From positions 96,001 to 160,000 of the IMG/VR virus record IMGVR_UViG_3300010965_000002: 64,000 bases of DNA; one strand, written 5' to 3'. Source of the DNA: a virus. The notes beneath the pieces were generated by a model that worked only from the letters and a program-made list of their open reading frames with translations, ran no database searches and was not told the origin of the DNA. A program made the position numbers and the translations under genes. Numbering within the stretch: the first letter of the stretch is position 1; each line of letters begins with the position of its first letter. Positions 1 to 8,839 of the stretch are shown here, piece after piece.

Positions 1-414
1 AACGCTACGGCGTTAGGTGCTTATGAAGCACCTGCCAGTGAGTACACCAGTTATTCACACGCTGGTCCTTACATTCAAGATGGTCTGCTGCAAGTCCACC
101 GTAGTGGTGCCTTTGTAGTTCAGTATCTTACGTATGCAAACGGCCAAACGTATTCTCGCGTGAACAGCAACGTAACAGGCAGCGGCGTTTGGACAGCCTG
201 GACATTGTTAAGCGGTGGCGTGGTTGTAGGTACTCCAGTTGGTACTCCAGTTGGTACTCCAGTTGGAACGCCCGTAGGTACTCCAGTTGGTACTCCAGTT
301 GGTACTCCAGTTGGTACTCCAGTTGGAACGCCCGTAGGTACTCCCGTAGGTACTCCAGTTGGAACGCCCGTAGGTACTCCGGTAGGTACTCCAGTTGGTA
401 GTCCAGTGGGCTAA
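1..414 (+). CDS. Tail-fibre-like protein, 5'-truncated; knob-like domain followed by C-terminal (GTPV)14-GSPV-G tail
   Basis: Frame 1 is open from base 1 (NATALGAYE...), longer than the ORF-track call at 160. GLLQV..VVQYLTY.NGQTYSRV....WTAW resembles the pyocin/phage fibre knob pattern. A fibre chaperone-like gene follows. Confidence 0.65.
   Translation, partial: NATALGAYEAPASEYTSYSHAGPYIQDGLLQVHRSGAFVVQYLTYANGQTYSRVNSNVTGSGVWTAWTLLSGGVVVGTPVGTPVGTPVGTPVGTPVGTPVGTPVGTPVGTPVGTPVGTPVGTPVGTPVGTPVGSPVG
229..408 (+). repeat. 15 tandem 12-nt units coding G-T/S-P-V
   Basis: Units are ggtactccagtt (9x), ggaacgcccgta (3x), ggtactcccgta, ggtactccggta and ggtagtccagtg. Differences are synonymous except T>S in the last unit. 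Confidence 0.97.
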
Positions 415-428
415 TTAGGACAAATGTC

Positions 429-1025
429 ATGGCATATACTTTAATAGTAGAAAAAGAAGAGGCTCGGATTGTTTTCATTCGTGATGCAACCGCGCCTCTA
501 CTGCTCGACGCTTTGTGGCCGCCTGTTGGATATAACTATCTGCACTGGCCCTTTGCGGTGTCCGACGAAGTGCTAGCCGCGCCGTGGAACTACGTGATTC
601 AAGGCAACAAAATTGTTGCCTCGACTTATACCTTTCAAAGTAACGCTATCGAAAACGCAAAACGTGGTGGATTACTTGTACAGCTTGCGCGGGCAACTAA
701 TAGACATCGTCGCATGGTCTTGAAGGAAGATATACAAGGTCAAGCCGATGTGTATCGTCTGAAAGCAGACGAGGCTACACGCTTCTTAGCAGATACTCAA
801 CAAAGTCCAAGTGCATTTCCTTGGCTGTCTGAGACTGCGGCGTTTGAAAGCCTCACCCTTGAGCAATCCGCAAATCAGATAATGTTTCGACATACGCAGC
901 AGCAAGCAATCCTGCGGCATACTGAGAATCAACGTCGGTGGTTTACACGTCGTATCCTGACAGCGGGTGTTAACGAACTTGAAACAGTAAGAACAGAGTT
1001 GACAGACTATGAACGCAGAGGTTAA
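429..1025 (+). CDS. Tail fibre assembly/chaperone-like protein
   Basis: Lies directly after the fibre gene with an RBS. GQADVYRLKADEA..FPWLSETAAFESLTLEQSANQI pattern is typical of DUF4376-like fibre-associated proteins. Confidence 0.5.
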   Translation: MAYTLIVEKEEARIVFIRDATAPLLLDALWPPVGYNYLHWPFAVSDEVLAAPWNYVIQGNKIVASTYTFQSNAIENAKRGGLLVQLARATNRHRRMVLKEDIQGQADVYRLKADEATRFLADTQQSPSAFPWLSETAAFESLTLEQSANQIMFRHTQQQAILRHTENQRRWFTRRILTAGVNELETVRTELTDYERRG

Positions 1026-1698
1026 ACCTTCATGGTGGTATGGTGATGATAGTACCAAGCAAGTGCCTGGTCAATTAGTACCTGCCGATAATCCAGTGCC
1101 GTATTGGACAAGCCAATTACTGAATGAGTCAGAAGCAGATGCCATCTACCATGCAGTGATTGCCCAATATACCCGCAAACAATTGCATCGTGTGTACAAC
1201 CCAGATGGTCAAGGCGATCAAATCAATCTTGACAGTCGATACACGCATGCCTACGACTTCTACCAAGTTCCTGGTGCTGCGGACATTGAAGCCCGCTTCA
1301 ACGCGGAGGTCGCACGCTGTGCAAGAACGTGGTGGAACAAAGAATCTGTGCCTGTGTACACGCCGCAGATTCTGGGCTATGAAGAAAAATGTCGGTTCCG
1401 CACTCATTGTGACAACAGTATTTGGAATGACCAAGGCTGGACTCAGAATGACCCGATGCGAGACGTTACGGCCTTGCTGTACGTCAGTGATTGTGTGCCA
1501 ACGGTCACCCGGCCGAACCAGCACAGCGGAGGTGAGCTAGTGTTAGATAACGTACAAACGGCAAATGGCCCAGTACGTATAGCTCCCAAAAAAGGTCAGT
1601 TTGTGATGTTCCCGTCACATCCTGTTTACCGTCACCAAGTAACGCCAGTCACTCGCGGTTATCGTATCGCGTTTGTAAACTGGTGGAGCCTAAGGTAG
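1009..1698 (+). CDS. Fe(II)/2OG oxygenase, prolyl-4-hydroxylase-like
   Basis: HxD (RTHCD), DVTALLY, SGGEL, GQFVMFPS, distal H (YRHQV) and 2OG-binding R (YRIAF..W). Confidence 0.9.
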   Translation: MNAEVKPSWWYGDDSTKQVPGQLVPADNPVPYWTSQLLNESEADAIYHAVIAQYTRKQLHRVYNPDGQGDQINLDSRYTHAYDFYQVPGAADIEARFNAEVARCARTWWNKESVPVYTPQILGYEEKCRFRTHCDNSIWNDQGWTQNDPMRDVTALLYVSDCVPTVTRPNQHSGGELVLDNVQTANGPVRIAPKKGQFVMFPSHPVYRHQVTPVTRGYRIAFVNWWSLR

Positions 1699-1704
1699 AT
1701 CGAA

Positions 1705-2409
1705 ATGCTCAAACTAAAACCGCAATGGTCTTTACGTCAACGCTCTGATGGTAGCTGGTCCCTGACTAGCGAGAATTACCATCAGGCAGTTCTCCCCGAA
1801 TATGCCGCTATTCTCCAAAAGCTAGTTCCAGGTGTTGAACCAGACACTTTGACCGACGCTGAATTCGATCAGATTGAGTACCTCACTGATCGCGGCTTCC
1901 TGAATGTTGATAACCACCCCGATGCGCCAGCTTGGGAATTGTGTGGTGCCAACTTCCATTCTGTTCAGGAACAACTCAAGCACGTTACCTTCTTCGTTGT
2001 TGACACTACGCCTAACGGTGTCGGTGCAACAATCCGTGAGACTCTCTTAACTTCTGGTCTACAGGAACAAGAGATTGACCCACGTCTGACTATCGCAGTC
2101 AGTGATTCATACCAGACGTTACCAAATGTTAAGGGTAACATGCTGCCAGTTGTTTGCAACCGTATGCGCGTGACTGTCGGCCCAATGGTGTTTCCATGGG
2201 GTACGCACGTTCGTGACAGTGTACTTGCGTCAGATCATTATCTGCCACAGCCTGGATACCAATTGCCTCATGCCTTTGACCAACTGCAACGCGGTTGGCT
2301 GGCTGTTGCCATATTGCAATTCATAGGCACCAACAAACTACGCTATGTCAATTTCTTTGTTGAATACAACATGGCACAACAGGAGTTCAAGCTATGGCCT
2401 GCGAAATAA
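1705..2409 (+). CDS. TOMM-type RiPP leader-binding (RRE) / ocin-ThiF-like protein, no YcaO domain
   Basis: N-terminal beta-rich plus winged-helix segment (LKPQW...YAAILQKL...IEYLTDRGFL), then APAWELCG, LTIAVSDSY and VTVGPMVFP, matching the order of motifs in cyclodehydratase scaffold domains. The Zn cysteines are not evident. Confidence 0.6.
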   Translation: MLKLKPQWSLRQRSDGSWSLTSENYHQAVLPEYAAILQKLVPGVEPDTLTDAEFDQIEYLTDRGFLNVDNHPDAPAWELCGANFHSVQEQLKHVTFFVVDTTPNGVGATIRETLLTSGLQEQEIDPRLTIAVSDSYQTLPNVKGNMLPVVCNRMRVTVGPMVFPWGTHVRDSVLASDHYLPQPGYQLPHAFDQLQRGWLAVAILQFIGTNKLRYVNFFVEYNMAQQEFKLWPAK

Positions 2410-2825
2410 GACAGTGCAACGCCAGTGATGAACGGCAGCTACGCAGGTGGCTGTTAGTCCATGATCCTGTGTTTGCAATGCACCGCCAACTCAAGGACTA
2501 CTTTCTGGCACCTACTGAAAGTTTCGGTGTGCTCTGTACGTTTGTAGAGAACGAAATCAAGAGCGCCTGTTTCTTTTCAACGTATTCAAACAAGTCGTTT
2601 ATCCACCTTTACATTGGTGACGTATCTGATCTTGAAGCCTTTCGTCAGTACATGAAGTTTCCATGTCAAGCATTCTTGCGTCCTGAACACGCACCGGATG
2701 CAGCATCAGGTTGGAAAAATGTGTTGGACGTAACACCAGGCTTTATGGTAGATCATCCAGCGTACAACGGTGTGTTCTCGCGTGTTGCTCCTCGTTTCGC
2801 AGGCGCTGTCTACGAACATCCTTGA
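2394..2825 (+). CDS. GNAT-fold protein (divergent)
   Basis: EIRQCNASDERQLRRW N-terminus and a beta-strand core typical of acyltransferase folds; overlaps the previous gene. Confidence 0.4.
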   Translation: MACEIRQCNASDERQLRRWLLVHDPVFAMHRQLKDYFLAPTESFGVLCTFVENEIKSACFFSTYSNKSFIHLYIGDVSDLEAFRQYMKFPCQAFLRPEHAPDAASGWKNVLDVTPGFMVDHPAYNGVFSRVAPRFAGAVYEHP

Positions 2826-2834
2826 AAGACGGTC

Positions 2835-3374
2835 ATGAGTCAAATCATAAGACGATGTACGCCTGAAGACTGGCGTTCAATGGCACGCCTGCGAATGGCG
2901 AGAAACACTCATGCAGGCAGTCGCGTATCTGAGTTCACTTCCAATCCAATCTCCAGCGTAAGCACCCGCTACCAACACGACCCACACATGGCTATGGGCT
3001 GTTGGCAAGACGGTGTGATAGCGGCATACATCTGTGCTTATGCTGGCACAGATTACTGGGTACTTGATCTGATGATTTCAAGCGGCGACCCCAAGCAACT
3101 TCAAGCCTGCTTGGAACAGTTGTTGCAAGAGTTTGAAGCCAAGGGCACGTATCAGTTCTGGTATGCCTTTCCAGAGAAGTGGGCCAGAGCGTATCGTAGC
3201 TTCTGGAAGTCAGGCGCACCCAGCTTGCGCAAGTACACAATCGAAGACGTGGCTGTGATACCAGCCCGTAAGAAAGTTGATGACCCATTTATTTGGAACA
3301 ACATTCTGCACGAATGCGTGGTTCCAGTCCCATTGTTGTTAAGGAGAAGCTATGTTGCAGAAGTGGCTAAATAA
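2835..3374 (+). CDS. GNAT-fold acyltransferase-like protein
   Basis: IRRCTPEDW...AMGCWQDGVIAAYI...WVLDLMIS pattern. Confidence 0.55.
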   Translation: MSQIIRRCTPEDWRSMARLRMARNTHAGSRVSEFTSNPISSVSTRYQHDPHMAMGCWQDGVIAAYICAYAGTDYWVLDLMISSGDPKQLQACLEQLLQEFEAKGTYQFWYAFPEKWARAYRSFWKSGAPSLRKYTIEDVAVIPARKKVDDPFIWNNILHECVVPVPLLLRRSYVAEVAK

Positions 3375-4236
3375 GTTCAAAAACCCTCATATTCAGCATA
3401 TCCATGTACCAGCTCATGTGCTCGGTTTTTTGGCCCTGACGTATGCCCTAACTGCCCTATCTTGGTGGTCAATAGGGGGTTTTGTGCTATTCAATCTGTG
3501 GTTATCCTGTTTCGGAATGAGCATTGGATTCCACCGTTATTTCAGTCACCGTGCGTTCAAGGTCAATCGGTTCTGGCATCACGTAATGCTGTGGGGCGGA
3601 ACGTTTGCTGGACAAGGCTCGGTGGTGTTCTGGGTTGCGCTGCATCGTATCCACCATCCCAACAGTGATAAATCGGTAGCCGACATCCACAGTCCAAAGT
3701 TCAAGGGGTTTTGGAACGCATACATGGGTTGGATATTCACACTAGACCCTGCGGAAGTATCACTGGCTAAATCCACTGACATCATCCGGGACAAGTGGTG
3801 CCGATGGGAACACCGTAACTACGACAAGATCATGTGGACGTATTGGACGGTCCTTGTTGGTACGGCAATCGCAGTGCCCACATTACGACCATTCATTGCT
3901 GGTGCGTTAATAGCGGGTATGTGGAGTATTCATCAAGAGGCAATTATCAACAGCGTGTGCCACGACAGCCGATTCGGTGTGGCCCCGTATGAAGATCGTA
4001 CCCGCGATGGTAGTCGTAACGTACACAGTCTGCGCTACGTAACATGGGGTCAGAGTCTCCACAACACACATCATGCTTTTGCAGGCTCACCGAACTTCGG
4101 TACACCAGAAGCTCCTGATATTGGATACCGCATTATCCGATTGATTCAAACGGGCGAACATGCAGTGCATCAAGCTCACCAGACCCAGCAACGCACTACT
4201 GCTGAAAACGTCGTGCCGCCTTCGGTTGTTGCGTAA
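3352..4236 (+). CDS. Membrane acyl desaturase (delta-9-like) #1
   Basis: Three His boxes (HRYFSH, HRIHH, HNTHH) and hydrophobic TM segments. Confidence 0.93.
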   Translation: MLQKWLNKFKNPHIQHIHVPAHVLGFLALTYALTALSWWSIGGFVLFNLWLSCFGMSIGFHRYFSHRAFKVNRFWHHVMLWGGTFAGQGSVVFWVALHRIHHPNSDKSVADIHSPKFKGFWNAYMGWIFTLDPAEVSLAKSTDIIRDKWCRWEHRNYDKIMWTYWTVLVGTAIAVPTLRPFIAGALIAGMWSIHQEAIINSVCHDSRFGVAPYEDRTRDGSRNVHSLRYVTWGQSLHNTHHAFAGSPNFGTPEAPDIGYRIIRLIQTGEHAVHQAHQTQQRTTAENVVPPSVVA

Positions 4237-4264
4237 ACAATCACATCAAGTAAGGAAAGTCATC

Positions 4265-4465
4265 ATGACATTACGCGACATCTACAATCAGGTTGTGGCC
4301 GAAGACAATTCGCCAGCCCAATGTGAAAACCAGGCAATGGCTATTCGTCGTTATGCTGAACAAGAGTTGGGCGTGACAGACCCCGACAAGCTGCACCAGT
4401 TGTTCAACGAAACGTATGAACTGTTAAATGACGGCACGCCGTTCGACGAACAGCCTGCGGCTTAA
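4265..4465 (+). CDS. Small acidic helical protein (66 aa)
   Basis: ATG 4265 with AAGGA RBS; the ORF-track start at 4160 overlaps the desaturase. Confidence 0.7.
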   Translation: MTLRDIYNQVVAEDNSPAQCENQAMAIRRYAEQELGVTDPDKLHQLFNETYELLNDGTPFDEQPAA

Positions 4466-4489
4466 AAGCACTGCGTGCAAAGCAAGCCT

Positions 4490-5506
4490 ATGAAAACTAG
4501 GCTTGTTACTGGTAAGTGTAACGTCACACATAGTTGGCATCACATACCCAATAGTATTTATTTAGAAAGATCACCCATGGAACGCTTGTATCGTGGCTAT
4601 AACGGTGTGGCTGACGTACCCCGCACAGCAGTTGACCAAACATACGAATTTTGGTTCGATAAACCTCGTGACATCATCAGCTTAAGGGCAGCCAGCATTC
4701 GTGCTGCAAAGGAATTCGGGCAGAAGTACGCTGACAAAGAGATTGTCATTCTCTACTCAGGCGGCATGGACAGCGAATGGCTGTGTGAAGCCTTCTACTT
4801 AGCAAAGGTGCCATTTAGACCTTTGATCGTGGACTACAATAACGAGAACTCTCATGATCTGTATTGGGCTCGCCGCTACCTACGCCGTCGCGGTATTACC
4901 AACGCAATCGAATGGCAGTTCGACCTACGTAGCTGGTACTCCTCACAAGAGCAGTTTGAAATAGCTGAACGTTGCCAAATGAGTGAGCTTGCCTACAGCG
5001 GCCAGTTCCGGGCAATGTTGGAGTTTCAATCACCTGATCGCATCTTCTTGAATGGCTATGACGAGCCCGTGATTACCGCTGACGATAGTGGTGCGGAACG
5101 CACATGGAACTTGACCTACAACGAACGGCATTTCGCAATCCACAAGTTCATGGATGCCTATGGTTTTAACACACAGCCTGGTGGTTGGGTAGACGCCAAT
5201 GTGTTCGCTGCATATACGCACTGTCCTATGTGGCAGATGCTGGTTTCAAATCTTGTGCAACCTCAGGTGTGGAATTCCGAGCTAATCAAGTTCCAGATTT
5301 ATAGCCATTCCTTCCCATTCATGGAAGCGCGTACAAAGTACACGGGGTTTGAGTCCATGCTTGACGTGATCGTGCCTGCCACGAAGAAATGGCGCGAGTA
5401 CACGGACAAGACCTATGGAACGCAATGGCTGCAAGACTGGTCACGCCCCATCAAAGACGTGTGGGCTGAGTTACATGGAGACACACCATATGTACGACCT
5501 TACTAA
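4490..5506 (+). CDS. Stand-alone N-type ATP pyrophosphatase (Asn-synthetase/QueC-like adenylating enzyme) #1
   Basis: PP-loop ILYSGGMDSE and NGYDEP; no glutaminase domain. Confidence 0.75.
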   Translation: MKTRLVTGKCNVTHSWHHIPNSIYLERSPMERLYRGYNGVADVPRTAVDQTYEFWFDKPRDIISLRAASIRAAKEFGQKYADKEIVILYSGGMDSEWLCEAFYLAKVPFRPLIVDYNNENSHDLYWARRYLRRRGITNAIEWQFDLRSWYSSQEQFEIAERCQMSELAYSGQFRAMLEFQSPDRIFLNGYDEPVITADDSGAERTWNLTYNERHFAIHKFMDAYGFNTQPGGWVDANVFAAYTHCPMWQMLVSNLVQPQVWNSELIKFQIYSHSFPFMEARTKYTGFESMLDVIVPATKKWREYTDKTYGTQWLQDWSRPIKDVWAELHGDTPYVRPY

Positions 5507-6155
5507 GCTAGCAGCACTAGCGACTTTCCCTTGGGAGAGTGTGTATGAAGGATTAGCTAAGAGTCGCAAGACTATGACGACCTTCTATGGTGACGTACAC
5601 AGCACGAAGTTCACCCATACGCTTGACGCCCGCTGGAGTGACCGCGATCAATGGCGCTGGTACAACGCCTTAAAGCACGGTGTCAACGTAGCAGGCTTTA
5701 ATGTCAACGTTACTGCGTTGCCTGCTGAGTACATGCAGTTCGGCAAACACTGGTGGGCACGCTCACACGAACCAATCTGGGTGCCAACGGATAATGCCCG
5801 ACACTTTGGTGAGCTACGCCAGTGGATTAAAAACTCAGGCATATTCAAGCACACGGGTCGGCAAACATTCTTTGTACAAACAGCAGGTCAGTCAAGTCCA
5901 GAGCATGTAGACTTTGAGCCTGCTGACGTGCCAGAAAATCTGCGTGCTCCCGGTGAGTTCATCTGGCTTACACCACCAGACAGACCAAAGCATCTGAGTG
6001 TTAAAGGTGTTGCGGCTCCTTGGTGCTGCTGGTTTAACCACTTTGACCGCCACGGAACTGAGGCAGAGTCAGACACACGATGGAGCCTCCGAATTGACGG
6101 CGGCTTCACAGACGAATTCAAAGCATCCTTACCAACTTCTGAAAGTTTATCATGA
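5490..6155 (+). CDS. Fe(II)/2OG oxygenase (AspH-like cupin)
   Basis: HVD...RHG...RWSLR; ATG 5490 overlaps the upstream gene. Confidence 0.7.
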   Translation: MYDLTKLAALATFPWESVYEGLAKSRKTMTTFYGDVHSTKFTHTLDARWSDRDQWRWYNALKHGVNVAGFNVNVTALPAEYMQFGKHWWARSHEPIWVPTDNARHFGELRQWIKNSGIFKHTGRQTFFVQTAGQSSPEHVDFEPADVPENLRAPGEFIWLTPPDRPKHLSVKGVAAPWCCWFNHFDRHGTEAESDTRWSLRIDGGFTDEFKASLPTSESLS

Positions 6156-6784
6156 CATCACCCGTTTACTTCAACACTGCAAACCTTGAACTCGCCCAAA
6201 CCTTGCGCAAGCATTGGATGGCTATTCGTGACGAAGCCGAAGCCTTGTTTGCCGAAGAGGGTGAAGTGCCTAAAATCAATGCAACAATGGAAGGCCAAGA
6301 CGGTCGTTACATGGAATCTGTAGGCATTGCTAAATACACAGGCACCAATGCCAGCATCCATCTGCAAGTTGTGCCTGATCTGCTTGACCCGCCAGAAGCA
6401 CGTATCGCGTTGTCACCTGCTGGTGTGGCTGGCCGTTTGCGCCGCCAGAAGAAGTGCCCAATGACCATGGGCATTCTTGCGCCTTATGGTGAACACGTTG
6501 GCAACATTGGATTCAACCGCTTACATCCAGGTGCCAAGATCAACCCGCACTATGGTGTCATCACCTCTAATCGTTTTGTGCGTATCCATTTAGGCTTGCG
6601 TACTGACCCTGGTGCTACGTTCTTTGCCAAAGACAACGATAGCTACACCTGGAAAGACGGTGAGACAATGGCCTTTGACGATGCAACCGTGTTGCACTGG
6701 GTCGAACACAAAGGTCAAAGCTCACGTTTGATTCTGTGTTTGGACATTGCCAAGGCTGCGTTTCCTGATCTGCAGGCACTGTAA
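6152..6784 (+). CDS. Aspartyl/asparaginyl beta-hydroxylase family oxygenase
   Basis: RLHPGAKINPHYG..RIHLGL..W..GETMAFDD..LHWVEH..RLILCLD canonical AspH pattern. Confidence 0.92.
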   Translation: MTSPVYFNTANLELAQTLRKHWMAIRDEAEALFAEEGEVPKINATMEGQDGRYMESVGIAKYTGTNASIHLQVVPDLLDPPEARIALSPAGVAGRLRRQKKCPMTMGILAPYGEHVGNIGFNRLHPGAKINPHYGVITSNRFVRIHLGLRTDPGATFFAKDNDSYTWKDGETMAFDDATVLHWVEHKGQSSRLILCLDIAKAAFPDLQAL

Positions 6785-6808
6785 AGCCCAGCTAGATAGG
6801 CTGGCTAA

Positions 6809-6817
6809 CTGTAAATA
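6809..6817 (+). promoter_or_regulatory. CTGTAAATA candidate phage promoter inside the enzyme cluster
   Basis: Sits in the 71-nt intergenic gap (the largest in the cluster), 39 nt before the SDR start; the same motif recurs in other intergenic gaps. Confidence 0.55.
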
Positions 6818-6855
6818 CCTATAGTAGTCAGTCTATTTAATTTTTAGAGGTTCGT

Positions 6856-7458
6856 ATGAAAAGAGCTTTGTTGGTCAGCTTAGACAGTGATCTAGGCAAG
6901 CACATGAAACGTGTGCTGGAGGAGGAGGGTTACGAAGTAACTGCTACTTCCAGACATGGTTTGCCGGATACCCTTCATTTTGATTTAGGCGTAACCGACG
7001 TACCTAAGTTTGAAGCTGCCTCGTTTGATGTATTGATCTACAACCTTGGTGTCAGCCAAGTTAACAGATCGCGTGTCGAGGTGATACGCACAAACGCGAT
7101 ACTGGCCTGTGATGCACTTCAAGCCTTGGCCCCTACGCTGAAAGCGGCAGGTCATGTCATTGTGTTTTCCAGTGGTTGGGGCAGCATACGTCAAACTGTG
7201 CGTTCAGGCGAAGCCACAGAAATCACGTACCGTATGAGTAAGGCCGCTTTGAACATGGGTGTCGCTGTATTGTCTAATGCGTTCACTAAACTGAATTGGA
7301 TTTTGATGCAGCCCGGGTTCATCACGACCAAGATGAATACCAATCCTAAGAACTTGCCATCGGCTGACCCGTATGCTGCGATGCAGGGTGTGCTCAAACA
7401 TTCACTGGCTTGCAAAGAGAGGTACGCATACATTGACTACATGGGCAATGCTCAATGA
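6856..7458 (+). CDS. Short-chain dehydrogenase/reductase (CsgA-like) #1
   Basis: YRMSKAALNM catalytic YxxxK, FSSGWGSI, QPGFITTKM; degenerate Gly-rich loop. Confidence 0.85.
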   Translation: MKRALLVSLDSDLGKHMKRVLEEEGYEVTATSRHGLPDTLHFDLGVTDVPKFEAASFDVLIYNLGVSQVNRSRVEVIRTNAILACDALQALAPTLKAAGHVIVFSSGWGSIRQTVRSGEATEITYRMSKAALNMGVAVLSNAFTKLNWILMQPGFITTKMNTNPKNLPSADPYAAMQGVLKHSLACKERYAYIDYMGNAQ

Positions 7459-8009
7459 TTACCGACAAGCTCACGCCTGTTAGTGGCACGGTATCAATCG
7501 AAGCCTACATAAAGACACGCTTTATGCTAGAGCTACAGAACCTTTGGATACTGACGTGCATTGACGAATCCCGGTTTACCGTGTTACGTGCCCAGCCATT
7601 CAGAGCCAATGAGCCGAAAAGAAAAGGCATAGAGCAGTTCTGGACTGTGTTGCACCATGCAAGAACAGTGCTAAAGCTATTCGACGTTGAGGTCAATGAT
7701 CTGAAACAGTATGCGAACAGGCCTAAGTTGTATTTAGAAGTGCTGTACACAAAAGTCGAAGGTATAAAGGAAGAGACGATTGCAGCCTACCTGTATAAAG
7801 AAAAATTCATGTTGACGGATACTTCGTTGCATGAGTCTAGTACCTTACGGAAAGGGCGTGTCGTCGATTTACTTCTCTGGTTCTCCTTTCCAAGTCTGAG
7901 TTTTCACAAAGGGTTTGTGTATGAAACGTTGAAGACTGCAGGCGTCGATGTTGGTAAAGCTGACATACTGAGACCTCTACAACCGCCAATTATTCAAGTA
8001 AATATCTAA
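7455..8009 (+). CDS. Hypothetical protein
   Basis: ATGA-coupled ORF within the operon; no recognisable motif. Confidence 0.6.
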   Translation: MITDKLTPVSGTVSIEAYIKTRFMLELQNLWILTCIDESRFTVLRAQPFRANEPKRKGIEQFWTVLHHARTVLKLFDVEVNDLKQYANRPKLYLEVLYTKVEGIKEETIAAYLYKEKFMLTDTSLHESSTLRKGRVVDLLLWFSFPSLSFHKGFVYETLKTAGVDVGKADILRPLQPPIIQVNI

Positions 8010-8020
8010 GGAGTCCTATC

Positions 8021-8824
8021 GTGGTAGCAATGTTAAAGAGTTTGCATTTTTGGCGTGTTTGGCTTGTGCCTCATGTCTTGTTGGTCGCTGGGCTGGCGCT
8101 GTATGGCGGTGACTGGCGTACACTGTTAACGGGCTTTGTGTTCTACACATTGATATCAGGCCTTGGTGTAGCCGTTGGTTTTCACCGCTTCTTCTCTCAC
8201 AAAGCATTCAAGACAAATCGGTTTTGGGAACAGATGATGCTTTACTGGGGTTCAATGGCTTGCCACGGACACCCATTGTTCTGGGTTGCTCTGCATCGTG
8301 GTCTGCACCATCGTTTCTCTGATACAGACCGTGACCCTCACAGTCCAGTTGCTCATTCACTGTGGACATCGTATCAAGGTTATGCGTTTGACCCTAAGTT
8401 GATTGAACAAGTACCCTTACGTGCTGGCACTGATTTCCTACGACACCCTGATTGGCAGTGGACGGTCAAACACTATCACAAAGTGCTGTGGCTTTCTTGG
8501 GTTGTAGTTGCCGTTGTATCTTGGGTGTTGAATGCACCTTGGTTGATGATTGGTCTTGCTGGTGCTCAAACATGGGCTATTCACCAAGAGGCATTGGTTA
8601 ACGTTGTTGGTCACGTAAGTGGTTTTGGTGCCTATCGTAACTACGATGTTGACGACAAAAGTGTCAATCGTAATCTGCTTGGCTTGTTCACTTGGGGCCA
8701 GGCGCTGCACAACAACCATCACGGTGATGCTGGTAATCCTAGCTTTGCCAACTCCGCCAAGTTTCCTCAACGCTTTGAGTTTGACCCAAGCATGTTGTGG
8801 ATTTGGACAATCCAGTCTCGTTGA
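8021..8824 (+). CDS. Membrane acyl desaturase (delta-9-like) #2
   Basis: His boxes HRFFSH, HRGLHH, HNNHH; DTDRDPHSP; AAGGAG RBS. Confidence 0.93.
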   Translation: MVAMLKSLHFWRVWLVPHVLLVAGLALYGGDWRTLLTGFVFYTLISGLGVAVGFHRFFSHKAFKTNRFWEQMMLYWGSMACHGHPLFWVALHRGLHHRFSDTDRDPHSPVAHSLWTSYQGYAFDPKLIEQVPLRAGTDFLRHPDWQWTVKHYHKVLWLSWVVVAVVSWVLNAPWLMIGLAGAQTWAIHQEALVNVVGHVSGFGAYRNYDVDDKSVNRNLLGLFTWGQALHNNHHGDAGNPSFANSAKFPQRFEFDPSMLWIWTIQSR

Positions 8825-8839
8825 TATAAGGACTACATC

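Noticed and set aside
229-408. CRISPR array or DGR template
   Set aside because: Units are contiguous with no spacers; no reverse transcriptase or template/variable repeat pair is in the window.
128-478. Minus-strand (QLEY)n ORF and +3-frame (YSSW)n ORF 189..401
   Set aside because: Shadows of the 12-nt repeat. Unit variation is synonymous only in the GTPV frame, which also continues an upstream domain.
4265-4465. Canonical acyl carrier protein
   Set aside because: No (D/E)SL phosphopantetheine serine motif; kept only as an unresolved small protein.
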